A stretch of DNA of 64,000 bases, from the sequence record OK905446.1. One strand, given 5' to 3'. Every line of letters starts with the position of its first letter. Position 1 is the stretch's first letter. A program made the translations under genes and the position numbers. The notes beneath the pieces are model-generated. The model saw only the letters and a program-made list of their open reading frames with translations. It searched no databases and had not been told where the DNA came from. Positions 1 to 9,318 of the stretch are shown here, piece after piece.

Positions 1-154
1 CGATTTTAGCAGGTTTACCGAAACAGTCAACACCACCAGTAACTCGAACTGTAAAATTGTCTTTGTTGCCAAGACGATTCACAGAGTTTTCATCGTGAGA
101 AATGATTTCAACTTCAGTGTATTTGCCAAAACCTTGATTGATGCGTGCTTTCAT
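1..154 (-). CDS. Hypothetical early protein, 5' part only (MKARINQGFGKYTEV...)
   Basis: ATG at 154 directly downstream of the conserved early leader (GAGAGAACATTATG); frame stays open to the window edge. Confidence 0.7.
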   Translation of the reverse strand, partial: MKARINQGFGKYTEVEIISHDENSVNRLGNKDNFTVRVTGGVDCFGKPAKI

Positions 155-232
155 AATGTTCTCTCTTTGTTAGTCGATGTCGTTTCGATGTAGCTATAAT
201 ACAAAAAAAAGGCTGCCGAAGCAACCCTTTTC
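152..232 (-). promoter_or_regulatory. Terminator/early-promoter cassette copy 1 (TTGCTT-17-TATTAT plus conserved leader)
   Basis: -35 at 219-224, -10 at 196-201; the -35 lies inside the hairpin GGGTTGC-TTCG-GCAGCC-T8; near-identical copies at 14925 and 33625. Confidence 0.85.
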
Positions 233-233
233 T

Positions 234-563
234 TTAATTTTTTTCATCTTTTTTCTGAATATTCGGATCTTGCTCTTTGTACAAGCGAATAACTTCAAGT
301 AAATCAGTGTTATAAGCTTTATACGTGTGCATCCATTTTGCGAAGTTCAACCACTCTTCGTACTCAAACCCGACATACGCCTTGTTATCTTCGATGGTAT
401 CTGTGGTGATTACCAAGATTTTCACACCGGGATTAGCTGGCGGAACTGGCATACTAGGGTGGACAATATTGTTCGTTTGAGGTTCTGGTGTTGGCTCTTT
501 TGGAAATAGACCGCAGCCCACGAGAGTGAAGCAAAGCGCGAACGCTAGTAGTTTATTTAGCAT
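234..563 (-). CDS. Outer-membrane spanin (o-spanin, PseT.2/Rz1-like lipoprotein)
   Basis: Signal peptide with lipobox LVGC, Pro-rich segment, adjacent to the i-spanin gene, near rnlA as in T4. Confidence 0.8.
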   Translation of the reverse strand: MLNKLLAFALCFTLVGCGLFPKEPTPEPQTNNIVHPSMPVPPANPGVKILVITTDTIEDNKAYVGFEYEEWLNFAKWMHTYKAYNTDLLEVIRLYKEQDPNIQKKDEKN

Positions 564-936
564 TTCTCACCTCATCAAAGAACTTGTCTAAAGCTTTCTG
601 CTCTAAACGTTGAACCAACCCTGGCTTTTGGAATACAACGTCTTGACGAGCTTTATATCGCTCAATCGTGTTGTTCTTCTCGTCGAGCTTTGACTGAAGA
701 TTATCTCTAAAGGTCAATTGCTCTTCGTAGACAACTCGCCAGTCTTCGATTGTTTGGTTTTTCTGCTTGACTGTAGCTTCTAGCCGTTCATTCTCACCAG
801 TTAGTCGTTCAACTTCGGCAGTTTGAGTTACTAGATCTCTCTCAAGACTAACATTCTCATACTTTAGATAACCAATAGACCCGATGACGATAACAGCAAT
901 AGCAGCAAGCACATAGAGTTTGTATTGTGCGAACAT
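553..936 (-). CDS. Inner-membrane spanin (i-spanin, PseT.3/Rz-like)
   Basis: Single N-terminal TM helix followed by a long coiled coil; overlaps the lipoprotein gene. Confidence 0.8.
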   Translation of the reverse strand: MFAQYKLYVLAAIAVIVIGSIGYLKYENVSLERDLVTQTAEVERLTGENERLEATVKQKNQTIEDWRVVYEEQLTFRDNLQSKLDEKNNTIERYKARQDVVFQKPGLVQRLEQKALDKFFDEVRNAK

Positions 937-966
937 GATATTACTCCCATATTATTCATACGGGAG

Positions 967-974
967 TATTTATC
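967..974 (-). promoter_or_regulatory. Putative late promoter GATAAATA for the spanins
   Basis: One mismatch to TATAAATA, about 30 bp upstream of the i-spanin start. Confidence 0.5.
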
Positions 975-1245
975 ACTGATAGAAGACTGGACAGAATGTT
1001 TGCGTGAACGGATTGACATAGAACGTCGAGATTACGCCATTCTTGTCTTCAATTTGAACGTCAATACCTTGAACGGTATTTGATTGCGAGGGACCTACAT
1101 AAACGATTCTACCACCACGAGTTTTCGGGTCATCGTCTAAACGCTTTTGTAGGTCTGGCAGGAAGTGTTTGTTAAATTTCTCTAAGAACTCTTGTGGGTT
1201 GCCGACGTTAATCGGCTTCCCATTTTGAAAAACAAAGTGTTGCAT
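973..1245 (-). CDS. Hypothetical protein
   Basis: 90-aa ORF abutting rnlA. Confidence 0.7.
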   Translation of the reverse strand: MQHFVFQNGKPINVGNPQEFLEKFNKHFLPDLQKRLDDDPKTRGGRIVYVGPSQSNTVQGIDVQIEDKNGVISTFYVNPFTQTFCPVFYQ

Positions 1246-2391
1246 TTATGCCTCATTCAGATACTTCTCTGGGATGAGTAGTTCTGGACGCTTCAGATAT
1301 GCACCAATCAAAGTCTCGTATGTGCCTTCGACGGTTTGCTTCTGATACGCGATCATTGCTACGCCAAATTCCCATGGTTTTAGTGCTTTCTGACCTGCAA
1401 TCGCGAAGTCTTTGCGAGAAAGATGACGATTCTTAACGTAAAACTGACTAACTGCGTGGAACGATGCGGTTACAGTTTTTGACACGTGAGAGTCAAATTC
1501 GCGAATACGGTCAATTGTTGGTTTGTCGTCTGAGAACAACGCATAAAGGTCGTCGTGGTTGTTGTTCAAGATAGTTGTTACCAACTTCTTCGGAACGTTC
1601 ACAGAGTCTTTTTGCGAGTGCAGATCAACATACCATTGAGTTTTGATTTTGACAGACTGACCAGACGCTAGACGCAAGATCATGCCTTCAATGCCTTTCT
1701 TAGCACGCAACGTTTCAACGAAATCGCTAACATGTGCTGTTTCAGGGTCGTACTCATCAACTAGCCATTGCTTGATACGCATCAATGCAGGCAATGGGAT
1801 GTCGTCAAAGCCAACATAATCACCAGTTTCGTTGTCACGAATGTTCAAGATGACCAGTTTTGCTTCTGGATACTCAAGAACAATACGATTGTTTGGCGCA
1901 CACCATTCCATGTTCACTGTACAATTAGCTTGACTCAAATCATCACAGAATTCCCACAGTGCGCGGTTATCTGGTTGTTTGATGTAGCGATTCGCTGCGA
2001 CTGCCTGCTCAGAGAAGATGCTTGTTTTCGACTTCAGGGCGAAGTTATCACCAGTCAAGTACGTGCTGATCAATGAACCATCAGCTTTGTCCATTAGCTG
2101 AACTGTAGTCGTCAAGTCCAAATCCATCGTAAAGGGATTCTCGTTCAGATTGAAGAATTTCTCCATCGGGCGAGACACGATACGAATCATCTGATCTTGG
2201 TCGTCTAGCTGAAACATGATGCCACGCGCTTCAAGAGCACCCGGCAATAGCCAGTCTGAGTATGATGCAATGTGATAGCTGAACACCCGGAATTTCTCAC
2301 CAAGAGGTGAAATATGATCTGCAAAGAAGAACTTGCCTTCAGCAGAATCAGTCAGAGCCATCAAATGTTTGTAAAGTTCTTGTGTAGTCAT
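1246..2391 (-). CDS. rnlA: RNA ligase 1
   Basis: EARGIMF, SRPMEKFFNLNENP, adenylation motif KADGSL (KxDGSL), GIEG, VKIKTQWY. Confidence 0.97.
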   Translation of the reverse strand: MTTQELYKHLMALTDSAEGKFFFADHISPLGEKFRVFSYHIASYSDWLLPGALEARGIMFQLDDQDQMIRIVSRPMEKFFNLNENPFTMDLDLTTTVQLMDKADGSLISTYLTGDNFALKSKTSIFSEQAVAANRYIKQPDNRALWEFCDDLSQANCTVNMEWCAPNNRIVLEYPEAKLVILNIRDNETGDYVGFDDIPLPALMRIKQWLVDEYDPETAHVSDFVETLRAKKGIEGMILRLASGQSVKIKTQWYVDLHSQKDSVNVPKKLVTTILNNNHDDLYALFSDDKPTIDRIREFDSHVSKTVTASFHAVSQFYVKNRHLSRKDFAIAGQKALKPWEFGVAMIAYQKQTVEGTYETLIGAYLKRPELLIPEKYLNEA

Positions 2392-2423
2392 TGTATTTTC
2401 CTCTTAAAATAGTCTTTTAACAG

Positions 2424-2452
2424 AGTGTACACCCTAAAATGCACACTGTCAA
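2424..2452 (-). promoter_or_regulatory. sigma70-type promoter TTGACA-17-TACACT upstream of rnlA
   Basis: Exact -35 and 17-bp spacer, within an imperfect inverted repeat. Confidence 0.75.
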
Positions 2453-2456
2453 CAAC

Positions 2457-2720
2457 TTATTTCAAGATTTCGTTGATGATGTCTTTAACCTTTGATAGGT
2501 CAAGATTGACACGTGGCGGAATAACGATGCCGTGAATAGACGGCTCTTCGTTTTTAAATGTCAGAGACAAGACATTATTTTCATGGTCAACGTACCAAGA
2601 TGATATGTCTAAATGAATGTCTGCTTCGTACTTGACGTAGTTCGGAGTTTCCATCCACGGTTCTTGCCAAGGTCTAGAATTTGGGAAGTGATCGCGACAC
2701 ACATCAACAGGTGGGCGCAT
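2457..2720 (-). CDS. Hypothetical protein (start at MRPP preferred to avoid overlap with gene 43)
   Basis: ORF track 2457..2795; fills the gap between gene 43 and rnlA. Confidence 0.55.
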   Translation of the reverse strand: MRPPVDVCRDHFPNSRPWQEPWMETPNYVKYEADIHLDISSWYVDHENNVLSLTFKNEEPSIHGIVIPPRVNLDLSKVKDIINEILK

Positions 2721-2751
2721 TTCTGCGCCACCGATTGCTATTTTGTCTATA

Positions 2752-5304
2752 TTAGCCAAAGAAACTCTCCAACGTGAATGTTTTCTTGTATTCAAACTTG
2801 ATTGCTTCAGAGATTGCAGTCAACGGTTTGATGAACTTGTCATCATACAGTCGATTGTAATCAATGTGTTCAATCAAGTAGCTAAGTGCATCAGGCAGTT
2901 TTCCACCAGACGGGTAAGCGATACGGTCAATGCCGTGCTTGTTTCGAGTCAAGAACACAACAGCGATTTTGTCACCCTCGTTAATCTTGTCGAATCCGTG
3001 CTCTTCAGCAAGCTTGTTGTAGTACAGCGCGCCTTTTACATGACCCGGACATCCCTTGCCAGGGTTACCTTTGTCATCAGAGTATTTGTTCATGTTGTTC
3101 GCGCTAGACACGAATGAAATCTCTTGGTATGGAGCTTTCTTGAACTCTTTCTCGTAACCTTTCACGTATTCTTGAAGCTTCTCTTCGCCTTCTTGCAGAA
3201 TCAAGCGAATAGACTCTTTAAGACCTTTCTGGCAAAGTGGTGGTGTTGAACTGCGTTGAGTTTCAATACCCATGATTTTCAGCTTCGGTTTGCGAATGCC
3301 TTCGTTATCTTGCACGTCAAGCGCATAACGCTTTTTCGCGATAAAGAAGCCAGTACGCGCTAGAACTTCGCGATCCATGAACATTTGACGTTCGTACGTG
3401 TTCATGTACTTGTGAAGTGCTTCGTACGACGGGTTGATAACTTTCGTTTCAACTGTCTCACAAACTTTAGAAAACTTGTCTGTGTAGTCGTCACCCTCAA
3501 GCTTGTTGATGCCAGTCAGTTCAAGCAATGGATCGAAGTTAACGTAGATTGAGTCGGTATCACCGTAAATCACGTAGTCTTTGTCAGTTGTCTTACAAAC
3601 TTTGTTCAACCAAATGTTAACGTCACGCGCTACCCATTTAATTGCAAGCTGACCGTATGCTGTTACTGCTTCAGCGTTACGTAGATCGTAGAATCGGAAG
3701 TATTCGTTGCCTAACGCACCATAAAGTGAGTTGATCAAGATCTTACGCGCCATTTGCTGTACGTCGTAGATTTTCGCTTGATGCTTCGCTTCTTCGTATT
3801 CAGCTAACAGTTCTGGTGTCTCGCCAGTATCGTCCATTTGCTTACGAATGTCGATTGCCTTCTGCTCATACGCAAATGCTTTCTTCTTGTTGTCTTTACG
3901 CTGGAAGAAAACTTTCTCGATTTCAATCGGAATTACACCACGTACGTCTTTGCGATATTGCATACCGTTCGCGCTGTTTGATAGCTCATCAGCAGGGAAC
4001 TTAATCAGACCTTCAACAATCTTGTCAATGCGATCTTCAAGTGCACCGTCGTAGTCAAGCTGACCAACGATTGTTTCTGGTGAAATGTTACACTCACGAA
4101 TGATCGACGGGTACAGTGATGTTAAGTCGAAAGAGCCAATGCCACGGTGATAACCCACTTGAGGCGCTTTAACAAACGCACCCATGAATCGCCCACCTTC
4201 GTGTGAACGCATCATCGGTACTACTTTCTTCTCAGCTTTTAAGCTGTTAAAGATGATTGCATCCCACGGCTTGATTGTACCAAGTACCGTTTGATAGTTG
4301 ATACCCGCGTAGTACGCTAGAGAAACAGTCAAAAGCATAAGCTGAAGCTTTTCATCTAGTCGCTTAACCAAGTTAACGTCTTGAATCTGGTAATCAATGA
4401 AGTTCTGATAATCTTGCTCGTAGAACTCAAGGTAGTTCGCTTGACTGAACTCGACTTTTTTCTCATCAAGTTCAACTTCGCCGATGTAATCAAGACGATA
4501 TGATGGTCGTGTCACATACGTGAATTTCTTGTAAAGTTGAAGATAATCGAGTTCAGACACGCCGAGAATGTTCACTTTACAGATTTCTTGACCGTAGTCG
4601 TTGACCGTAGTCGATACTTGAACTTTACCCCACGGAGACAAGCTGTTCATCACTTTCTCACCGAATAGATTCTTGTATCGGTTAACGATGTACGGCATAT
4701 CGAACGATTCAATGTTCCAACCAGTTACGATTGCTGGTGTTTTCTCGCGCCAGAATTGAAGATACTTAACAAGTAGCTCTTTCTCACTAGCACAGCGAAT
4801 GTAAACCGTTTTTTCTAGTAGTTCTGGCTTAACGATGCTGCTTTCGCGTTTCCACTCAGTGTTTGACGGGATACCGTAAACATAGAACACGTCGTCGATA
4901 TTGTCATAGTGACCGATTGAAGTGATTGGCACTGGCGCGTGCGCTGCTTCAGGGAACTCCACAGACGGAGTTTCAATATCTATGTTTGCAATGCGAATGC
5001 GATTGATGTTGAAATCACGCTGCTTGTACACGTCTGAGATATAAGTCACGATGAAGTCATCCATGCCCAGCACTTCGTTGAACTGCTTCGTGTCTTTGAT
5101 GTACTTACTCGCTTCGCCCATTGTGTCAAACAGCTTAGGACGACAGTTGCGACCGTAAATGTCTTTGTAACCTGTATCTTCGTTGCAGTGAATGAAAAGA
5201 GTCGGTTCGTATTTTACTTTGCGCATGTGTTCAAAACCATCGTTGTCGATGTAGCGTTCACAAAGATTAGAGCCGATTCGTTCAATTGATGTATAGATTG
5301 TCAT
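2752..5304 (-). CDS. 43: DNA polymerase, family B, with 3'-5' exonuclease
   Basis: Exo[32 protein letters not shown]; 850 aa. Confidence 0.99.
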   Translation of the reverse strand: MTIYTSIERIGSNLCERYIDNDGFEHMRKVKYEPTLFIHCNEDTGYKDIYGRNCRPKLFDTMGEASKYIKDTKQFNEVLGMDDFIVTYISDVYKQRDFNINRIRIANIDIETPSVEFPEAAHAPVPITSIGHYDNIDDVFYVYGIPSNTEWKRESSIVKPELLEKTVYIRCASEKELLVKYLQFWREKTPAIVTGWNIESFDMPYIVNRYKNLFGEKVMNSLSPWGKVQVSTTVNDYGQEICKVNILGVSELDYLQLYKKFTYVTRPSYRLDYIGEVELDEKKVEFSQANYLEFYEQDYQNFIDYQIQDVNLVKRLDEKLQLMLLTVSLAYYAGINYQTVLGTIKPWDAIIFNSLKAEKKVVPMMRSHEGGRFMGAFVKAPQVGYHRGIGSFDLTSLYPSIIRECNISPETIVGQLDYDGALEDRIDKIVEGLIKFPADELSNSANGMQYRKDVRGVIPIEIEKVFFQRKDNKKKAFAYEQKAIDIRKQMDDTGETPELLAEYEEAKHQAKIYDVQQMARKILINSLYGALGNEYFRFYDLRNAEAVTAYGQLAIKWVARDVNIWLNKVCKTTDKDYVIYGDTDSIYVNFDPLLELTGINKLEGDDYTDKFSKVCETVETKVINPSYEALHKYMNTYERQMFMDREVLARTGFFIAKKRYALDVQDNEGIRKPKLKIMGIETQRSSTPPLCQKGLKESIRLILQEGEEKLQEYVKGYEKEFKKAPYQEISFVSSANNMNKYSDDKGNPGKGCPGHVKGALYYNKLAEEHGFDKINEGDKIAVVFLTRNKHGIDRIAYPSGGKLPDALSYLIEHIDYNRLYDDKFIKPLTAISEAIKFEYKKTFTLESFFG

Positions 5305-5364
5305 GATATTCCTTCACAAGTTGTTACGTGTTGCTATGCTATCAGAGAAAAATGAAGTTCTAAA

Positions 5365-5883
5365 CTACCATCTTCCTAAAAAGTGTTGCTCTTCAATAAG
5401 CCAAGCTTTGAAATCGCCTTTCGGGTTTTTGTATTCGCGAAAAGCATCAATTTTCATATCAATTGGATCATCTTTTGCGAAATAAACCGAGCGTGTTTCT
5501 TCGTCACCGAACACATAGAATATACCATCGAATCCCATGTGGCGAACTGCGTCGCGATACTCTTGAACTTTGTATGAGTCAATTACACCATACATTTTAC
5601 CATCTGTGTGGCGATAAAAGCGTTTCTTACACTTGATTTCAACGCAGAATTGCTTTCCTTTTGTGAAAACAAATACGTCTGGTAGCATGAAGCTTGCGGA
5701 TGTGTCTTGACAGAACATTAAACGCTGTCCGCGCTTATGTTTCTGGTCTGTTTTTGATGTTGCCGTATTGATTAGCATTGCGAGTGGGTCTGCATGACAG
5801 AACACACGAGCTATCTTAGGCTCAACGGCAGCTTCGAATTCGCCACCGAATTGTAGTAGTTCTTGAAAACGTTCATCGTTCAT
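5365..5883 (-). CDS. Putative PD-(D/E)xK nuclease
   Basis: N-terminal helix with E (GGEFE), LPDVFVF, then VEIKCK. Confidence 0.65.
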   Translation of the reverse strand: MNDERFQELLQFGGEFEAAVEPKIARVFCHADPLAMLINTATSKTDQKHKRGQRLMFCQDTSASFMLPDVFVFTKGKQFCVEIKCKKRFYRHTDGKMYGVIDSYKVQEYRDAVRHMGFDGIFYVFGDEETRSVYFAKDDPIDMKIDAFREYKNPKGDFKAWLIEEQHFLGRW

Positions 5884-5896
5884 ATTGTATTCCTCA

Positions 5897-5918
5897 AATA
5901 AAAGGGGCGCAAGCCCCT
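5897..5918 (-). terminator. Intrinsic terminator after regA
   Basis: AGGGGC-TTGC-GCCCCT-TTTATTT on the minus strand. Confidence 0.75.
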
Positions 5919-5947
5919 ATTAAAACCAGTCTTCTTCTCGGCGCATA

Positions 5948-6328
5948 TTAGCCCCCGATTTTGTATTTGTACCTTAGATTCCAGTTTTTAGAATCGCGGA
6001 ACGAAATGACACGGAACTTATTGTCGCCACTGAATTCGTGTGATTCAGGATGAGCGATTTTGCATAAGTTCCAATCTTCAAGCAGCTTGGCGATGTTATT
6101 TCGACGCTCAATGTCTTCGTCAGTGATTTCTACACAACGACCGTCAAGTGCTAAAAGCTCTTTGAAGTGTACCAGAAAGTAAACGCCACGTTTTTGCAGA
6201 ATATGACATGACTGGTACAGAGTATTGGTTTTGTTATTGGCGATGCCAATTCGTGTAAGAGTCTCGCGAATCTTTAGAAAGGCATCGTCATCTGGTAATT
6301 GAATTTCAAGCTTGTTAATAATGTCCAT
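5948..6328 (-). CDS. regA: Translational repressor RegA
   Basis: DAFLKIRETLTRIGIAN...LYQSCHILQKRG..YLVHFKEL; position after gene 62. Confidence 0.97.
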   Translation of the reverse strand: MDIINKLEIQLPDDDAFLKIRETLTRIGIANNKTNTLYQSCHILQKRGVYFLVHFKELLALDGRCVEITDEDIERRNNIAKLLEDWNLCKIAHPESHEFSGDNKFRVISFRDSKNWNLRYKYKIGG

Positions 6329-6362
6329 GATTAATCTCAACAGCATAATAAAAACATATTTA

Positions 6363-6851
6363 TTAGCGTGTTAAGCCCCCCGTTCGGGATTCAAACCATG
6401 TAGTCAACTGCTCAAGCTCACTTTCATTAAGACGATGAAGAACGTCAATAGCTTTTTGCTTATTGATTTGGTAGATTTCCATGATCATATCAACAGAATC
6501 ATACTTCGTTTCTTTCGCCCATGAGTTATATCGCTTACCTTTACGCACTGCATGATAGTAGTAATCATATTGCATATCAGGTGGCAGTTTACTACCGACT
6601 TGATCCATTATGTACGCATGAACAACAGTGTCGATGCCATTCGACATACCGCGATTCACCATGAATGCTTGATACTGACCTTTTACATCATCGTTCATGA
6701 TATAGTCTTTCATGTACAAGCTATTGAGGAAGTCAAATGGCGATAGCTTTTTAACTTTCGCCGCTTTCATTTCAGCTTCAAACTCTTCTTGTTCGTTCTT
6801 TGCTGCTTTCTCAGCTTCTTCGCCTTTCGCTAGTAGTTCAAAAATGTCCAT
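6363..6851 (-). CDS. 62: Clamp loader small subunit
   Basis: SPFDFLNS...FMVNRGMS...QYDYYYHAVRKGKRY; synteny 45-44-62-regA. Confidence 0.93.
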   Translation of the reverse strand: MDIFELLAKGEEAEKAAKNEQEEFEAEMKAAKVKKLSPFDFLNSLYMKDYIMNDDVKGQYQAFMVNRGMSNGIDTVVHAYIMDQVGSKLPPDMQYDYYYHAVRKGKRYNSWAKETKYDSVDMIMEIYQINKQKAIDVLHRLNESELEQLTTWFESRTGGLTR

Positions 6852-6860
6852 TGAACCCCC

Positions 6861-7817
6861 TTATGCGAAAGTACATTCAAGCATGATCTGTACCAATGTG
6901 TACGCTAGTAGAATTTCAGTATCGACACAAGTCGTCGCGTTGTTGTTTGCTTCACCCACAATTTGAATGAACACAGGGATGCTATTGCCGTCTAAATGCG
7001 TGTATGCTGCTTTGTAAAGATTATGCAGAAACGATGCAATATCACCTGAGTATTTCGGAATCAGACTACGTACAGTTTTGAAGTCTTTCGATTTCAATGC
7101 AGTCAGCATTTCAGAAATATCGTCGTTAGCGGTGATTTCAGATAGAATACCTTCGTCAATCGCGCCGTTACGTGCATAGTTCTGCAACGAAACGATAGTT
7201 TTACGATTGTCTGGGTAATTACGCTTCACAAGCTCTTTGAGAACAGCAGCGTTAGTAACCGATACACCTTCTTGCTTACAGATTTGCATAGAGCGAACAA
7301 TCATTTGCTTAACGCAAGATAGCTGTTCTTCTTTGTTGTACACGAATTCAAATTCTTGAAGACGTGAGCGAATCGGTGTTAAGATTTTCTGAGCATAGTT
7401 ACAAGTCAGAATAAAGCGAACGTTTTTGCTGTACTGTTCGATCAAACCACGTAGAGCTTTTTGAGCGTCTGGAGTTAAGTTGTCTGCCTCATCTAGAATA
7501 ACCGCTTTAGGATTACCAGAGAATGAAACAGTTGAGCAGAAACCCGGTAAGTCGTTTTGAACAAGACCAATACCACGGCTTGATGATGCGTTAACAAATA
7601 GAACTTCGTAACCCATATCTGCAAGTACTGCACGAGCAACAGTCGTTTTACCAGTACCCGGTGAAGAGCTACATAGCAACATGTTTGGGATTTCGTTGTC
7701 GTCTACCATTTTCTGAAACAGTTTACGAACACGTTCTGGCAGTACACAATCTTTGATTGATTGTGGACGGTACTTTTGTTCCCAAAGAAGTTCATTTGCT
7801 ACTGATTGAATTGCCAT
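6861..7817 (-). CDS. 44: Clamp loader large subunit (AAA+)
   Basis: WEQKYRP, Walker A SPGTGKTT, Walker B ILDEAD, SRL motif. Confidence 0.98.
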   Translation of the reverse strand: MAIQSVANELLWEQKYRPQSIKDCVLPERVRKLFQKMVDDNEIPNMLLCSSSPGTGKTTVARAVLADMGYEVLFVNASSSRGIGLVQNDLPGFCSTVSFSGNPKAVILDEADNLTPDAQKALRGLIEQYSKNVRFILTCNYAQKILTPIRSRLQEFEFVYNKEEQLSCVKQMIVRSMQICKQEGVSVTNAAVLKELVKRNYPDNRKTIVSLQNYARNGAIDEGILSEITANDDISEMLTALKSKDFKTVRSLIPKYSGDIASFLHNLYKAAYTHLDGNSIPVFIQIVGEANNNATTCVDTEILLAYTLVQIMLECTFA

Positions 7818-7887
7818 TTAGTCGTTTCCCATAATAAAATTTTCAAAAAAGGGGCTGTTACGCCCCGCAACTTACAAAATCTAGCTC

Positions 7888-8553
7888 TTACAGTGCTTCA
7901 GTTGCAATGAAGTACTCAAGAGAAAGACCAAGGAATCGAGAGATACCCGCCGGGTGAATCGAAACTTTGTAGTCTTGATCAACGATGTTCAGACGCTCAG
8001 ATTTGAAGAAGAACTTGAATTCTGTGTCAGCATCAGCTTCGCCAACGTTGATTTCGAATGTGTGTTTGCTAGAACCCTGAGCATCAGTCGCTGACAGAGT
8101 AATTGCAGTGCTACCCGCTTCGGTGCGAACACAAATGTCAGACAGACCAAGAGTCGCAGACGCTTTCTTAACGCGCTGTAGATCTTCACCTTTAAGGTTG
8201 AATTCAGCGCCACCGTCTAGTTCAGTCGGGAAGTTCACTTTTTCAGGTGCTTCAGTCACGAACTCAGCGTTTGCGTATTGGAAAGTAAGCTTAGTGCCAC
8301 CATCGCCAGTAACAACAACGAACTTTTCTTGGAAATCAAGTTCAGCGTTATCAAGTAGATTCAACGCGCTTAGAAACTCACCTAGATCGTACACTGCAAA
8401 TTCTACAGGAAACGAATCTTCGATGTCAGCGTAAGCAATCTGCTTGTTCAAGTTGTCTTGAGTACGGATTCGCGAGCCTTGGTGAATAACCATACCGTTG
8501 TTGATGCCTGCAAAGTTTTTTAGTACTTCGATTGTAGATTTGTTAAGTTTCAT
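7888..8553 (-). CDS. 45: Sliding clamp
   Basis: MKLNKSTIEVLKNFAGIN...FAVYDLGEFL...YFIATE. Confidence 0.97.
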   Translation of the reverse strand: MKLNKSTIEVLKNFAGINNGMVIHQGSRIRTQDNLNKQIAYADIEDSFPVEFAVYDLGEFLSALNLLDNAELDFQEKFVVVTGDGGTKLTFQYANAEFVTEAPEKVNFPTELDGGAEFNLKGEDLQRVKKASATLGLSDICVRTEAGSTAITLSATDAQGSSKHTFEINVGEADADTEFKFFFKSERLNIVDQDYKVSIHPAGISRFLGLSLEYFIATEAL

Positions 8554-8587
8554 TCTTTTACCTTCAAAATTATGATATAGTATTCAG

Positions 8588-8797
8588 TTAAAGTTTAAAG
8601 CCACGTTCAGTATATTCAAAGTTATACTCGTAAGCAGTAAAATAATTGTCTAACCCAGAAGTGATTTTGTGCCAACGTTCTTTTCCGAACGCTTCAATTA
8701 GCTGCACTTCAGGTAGAATTTTTTCTTGGCCAGTGAAGCTGTCAATGATGACCCAGTGCTTTATATCTGGCATTGATAAGTGATTGTCTAAGTTCAT
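8588..8797 (-). CDS. 45.2: gp45.2-like conserved protein
   Basis: IIDSFTGQEKIL..LIEAFG..W.KI; position upstream of gene 45. Confidence 0.6.
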   Translation of the reverse strand: MNLDNHLSMPDIKHWVIIDSFTGQEKILPEVQLIEAFGKERWHKITSGLDNYFTAYEYNFEYTERGFKL

Positions 8798-8853
8798 TTG
8801 TGTTTCCTCAATAGCTGCGCTCATATTAACACAGCTATTTACCGGTCTAAACA

Positions 8854-9318
8854 CTATTGAATGAAGAAAAACGCAGTTTTCTTGTTTAATTGATGCCACA
8901 AAATATGCATCAATTCATCTACTTTCGTAGAAACCCCGCGAACGCGCTGTTCCGCAAACGAATATGTGTCAAACAAGATAATGTCTGGCATATCGCGATT
9001 ACGACGACCTACAAATGCACGGTGATGGAACCCATCATGTACGAGTCTGTCATAAGTCGTTGCCGTATCGTGTTCTTCGCCACGACGATTCATTACTCGA
9101 TGTTGCTCATTGAAGTAGACTTCAAGTACGTTAAAGCCTTCGCGTCGTAGACGTTCAGAAGCTTGCATCATCGAAGTTGTGTGACCCGTAGCACGACCGA
9201 GCATAAAGCGCCCGATCTTGGTTTCAGGACATTCATGATGTGTGTCGTTGAGTAAGAGATACTTACACATCGTGTAAATATCCCCACTGTAATCGACCGT
9301 CATAGGGACGAGTTTCAT
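8854..9318 (-). CDS. Hypothetical protein, possible degenerate P-loop
   Basis: LGRATGHTT (Walker A-like, K replaced by H) and DIILFD (Walker B-like). Confidence 0.5.
   Translation of the reverse strand: MKLVPMTVDYSGDIYTMCKYLLLNDTHHECPETKIGRFMLGRATGHTTSMMQASERLRREGFNVLEVYFNEQHRVMNRRGEEHDTATTYDRLVHDGFHHRAFVGRRNRDMPDIILFDTYSFAEQRVRGVSTKVDELMHILWHQLNKKTAFFFIQ

Noticed and set aside
2752-5304. Intein or split DNA polymerase
   Set aside because: Single 850-aa ORF with normally spaced motifs
5884-5912. TTGCGC-17-TACAAT as the promoter of the PD-(D/E)xK gene
   Set aside because: The -10 abuts the ATG, so transcription would start inside the ORF; probably coincidental overlap of terminator and SD
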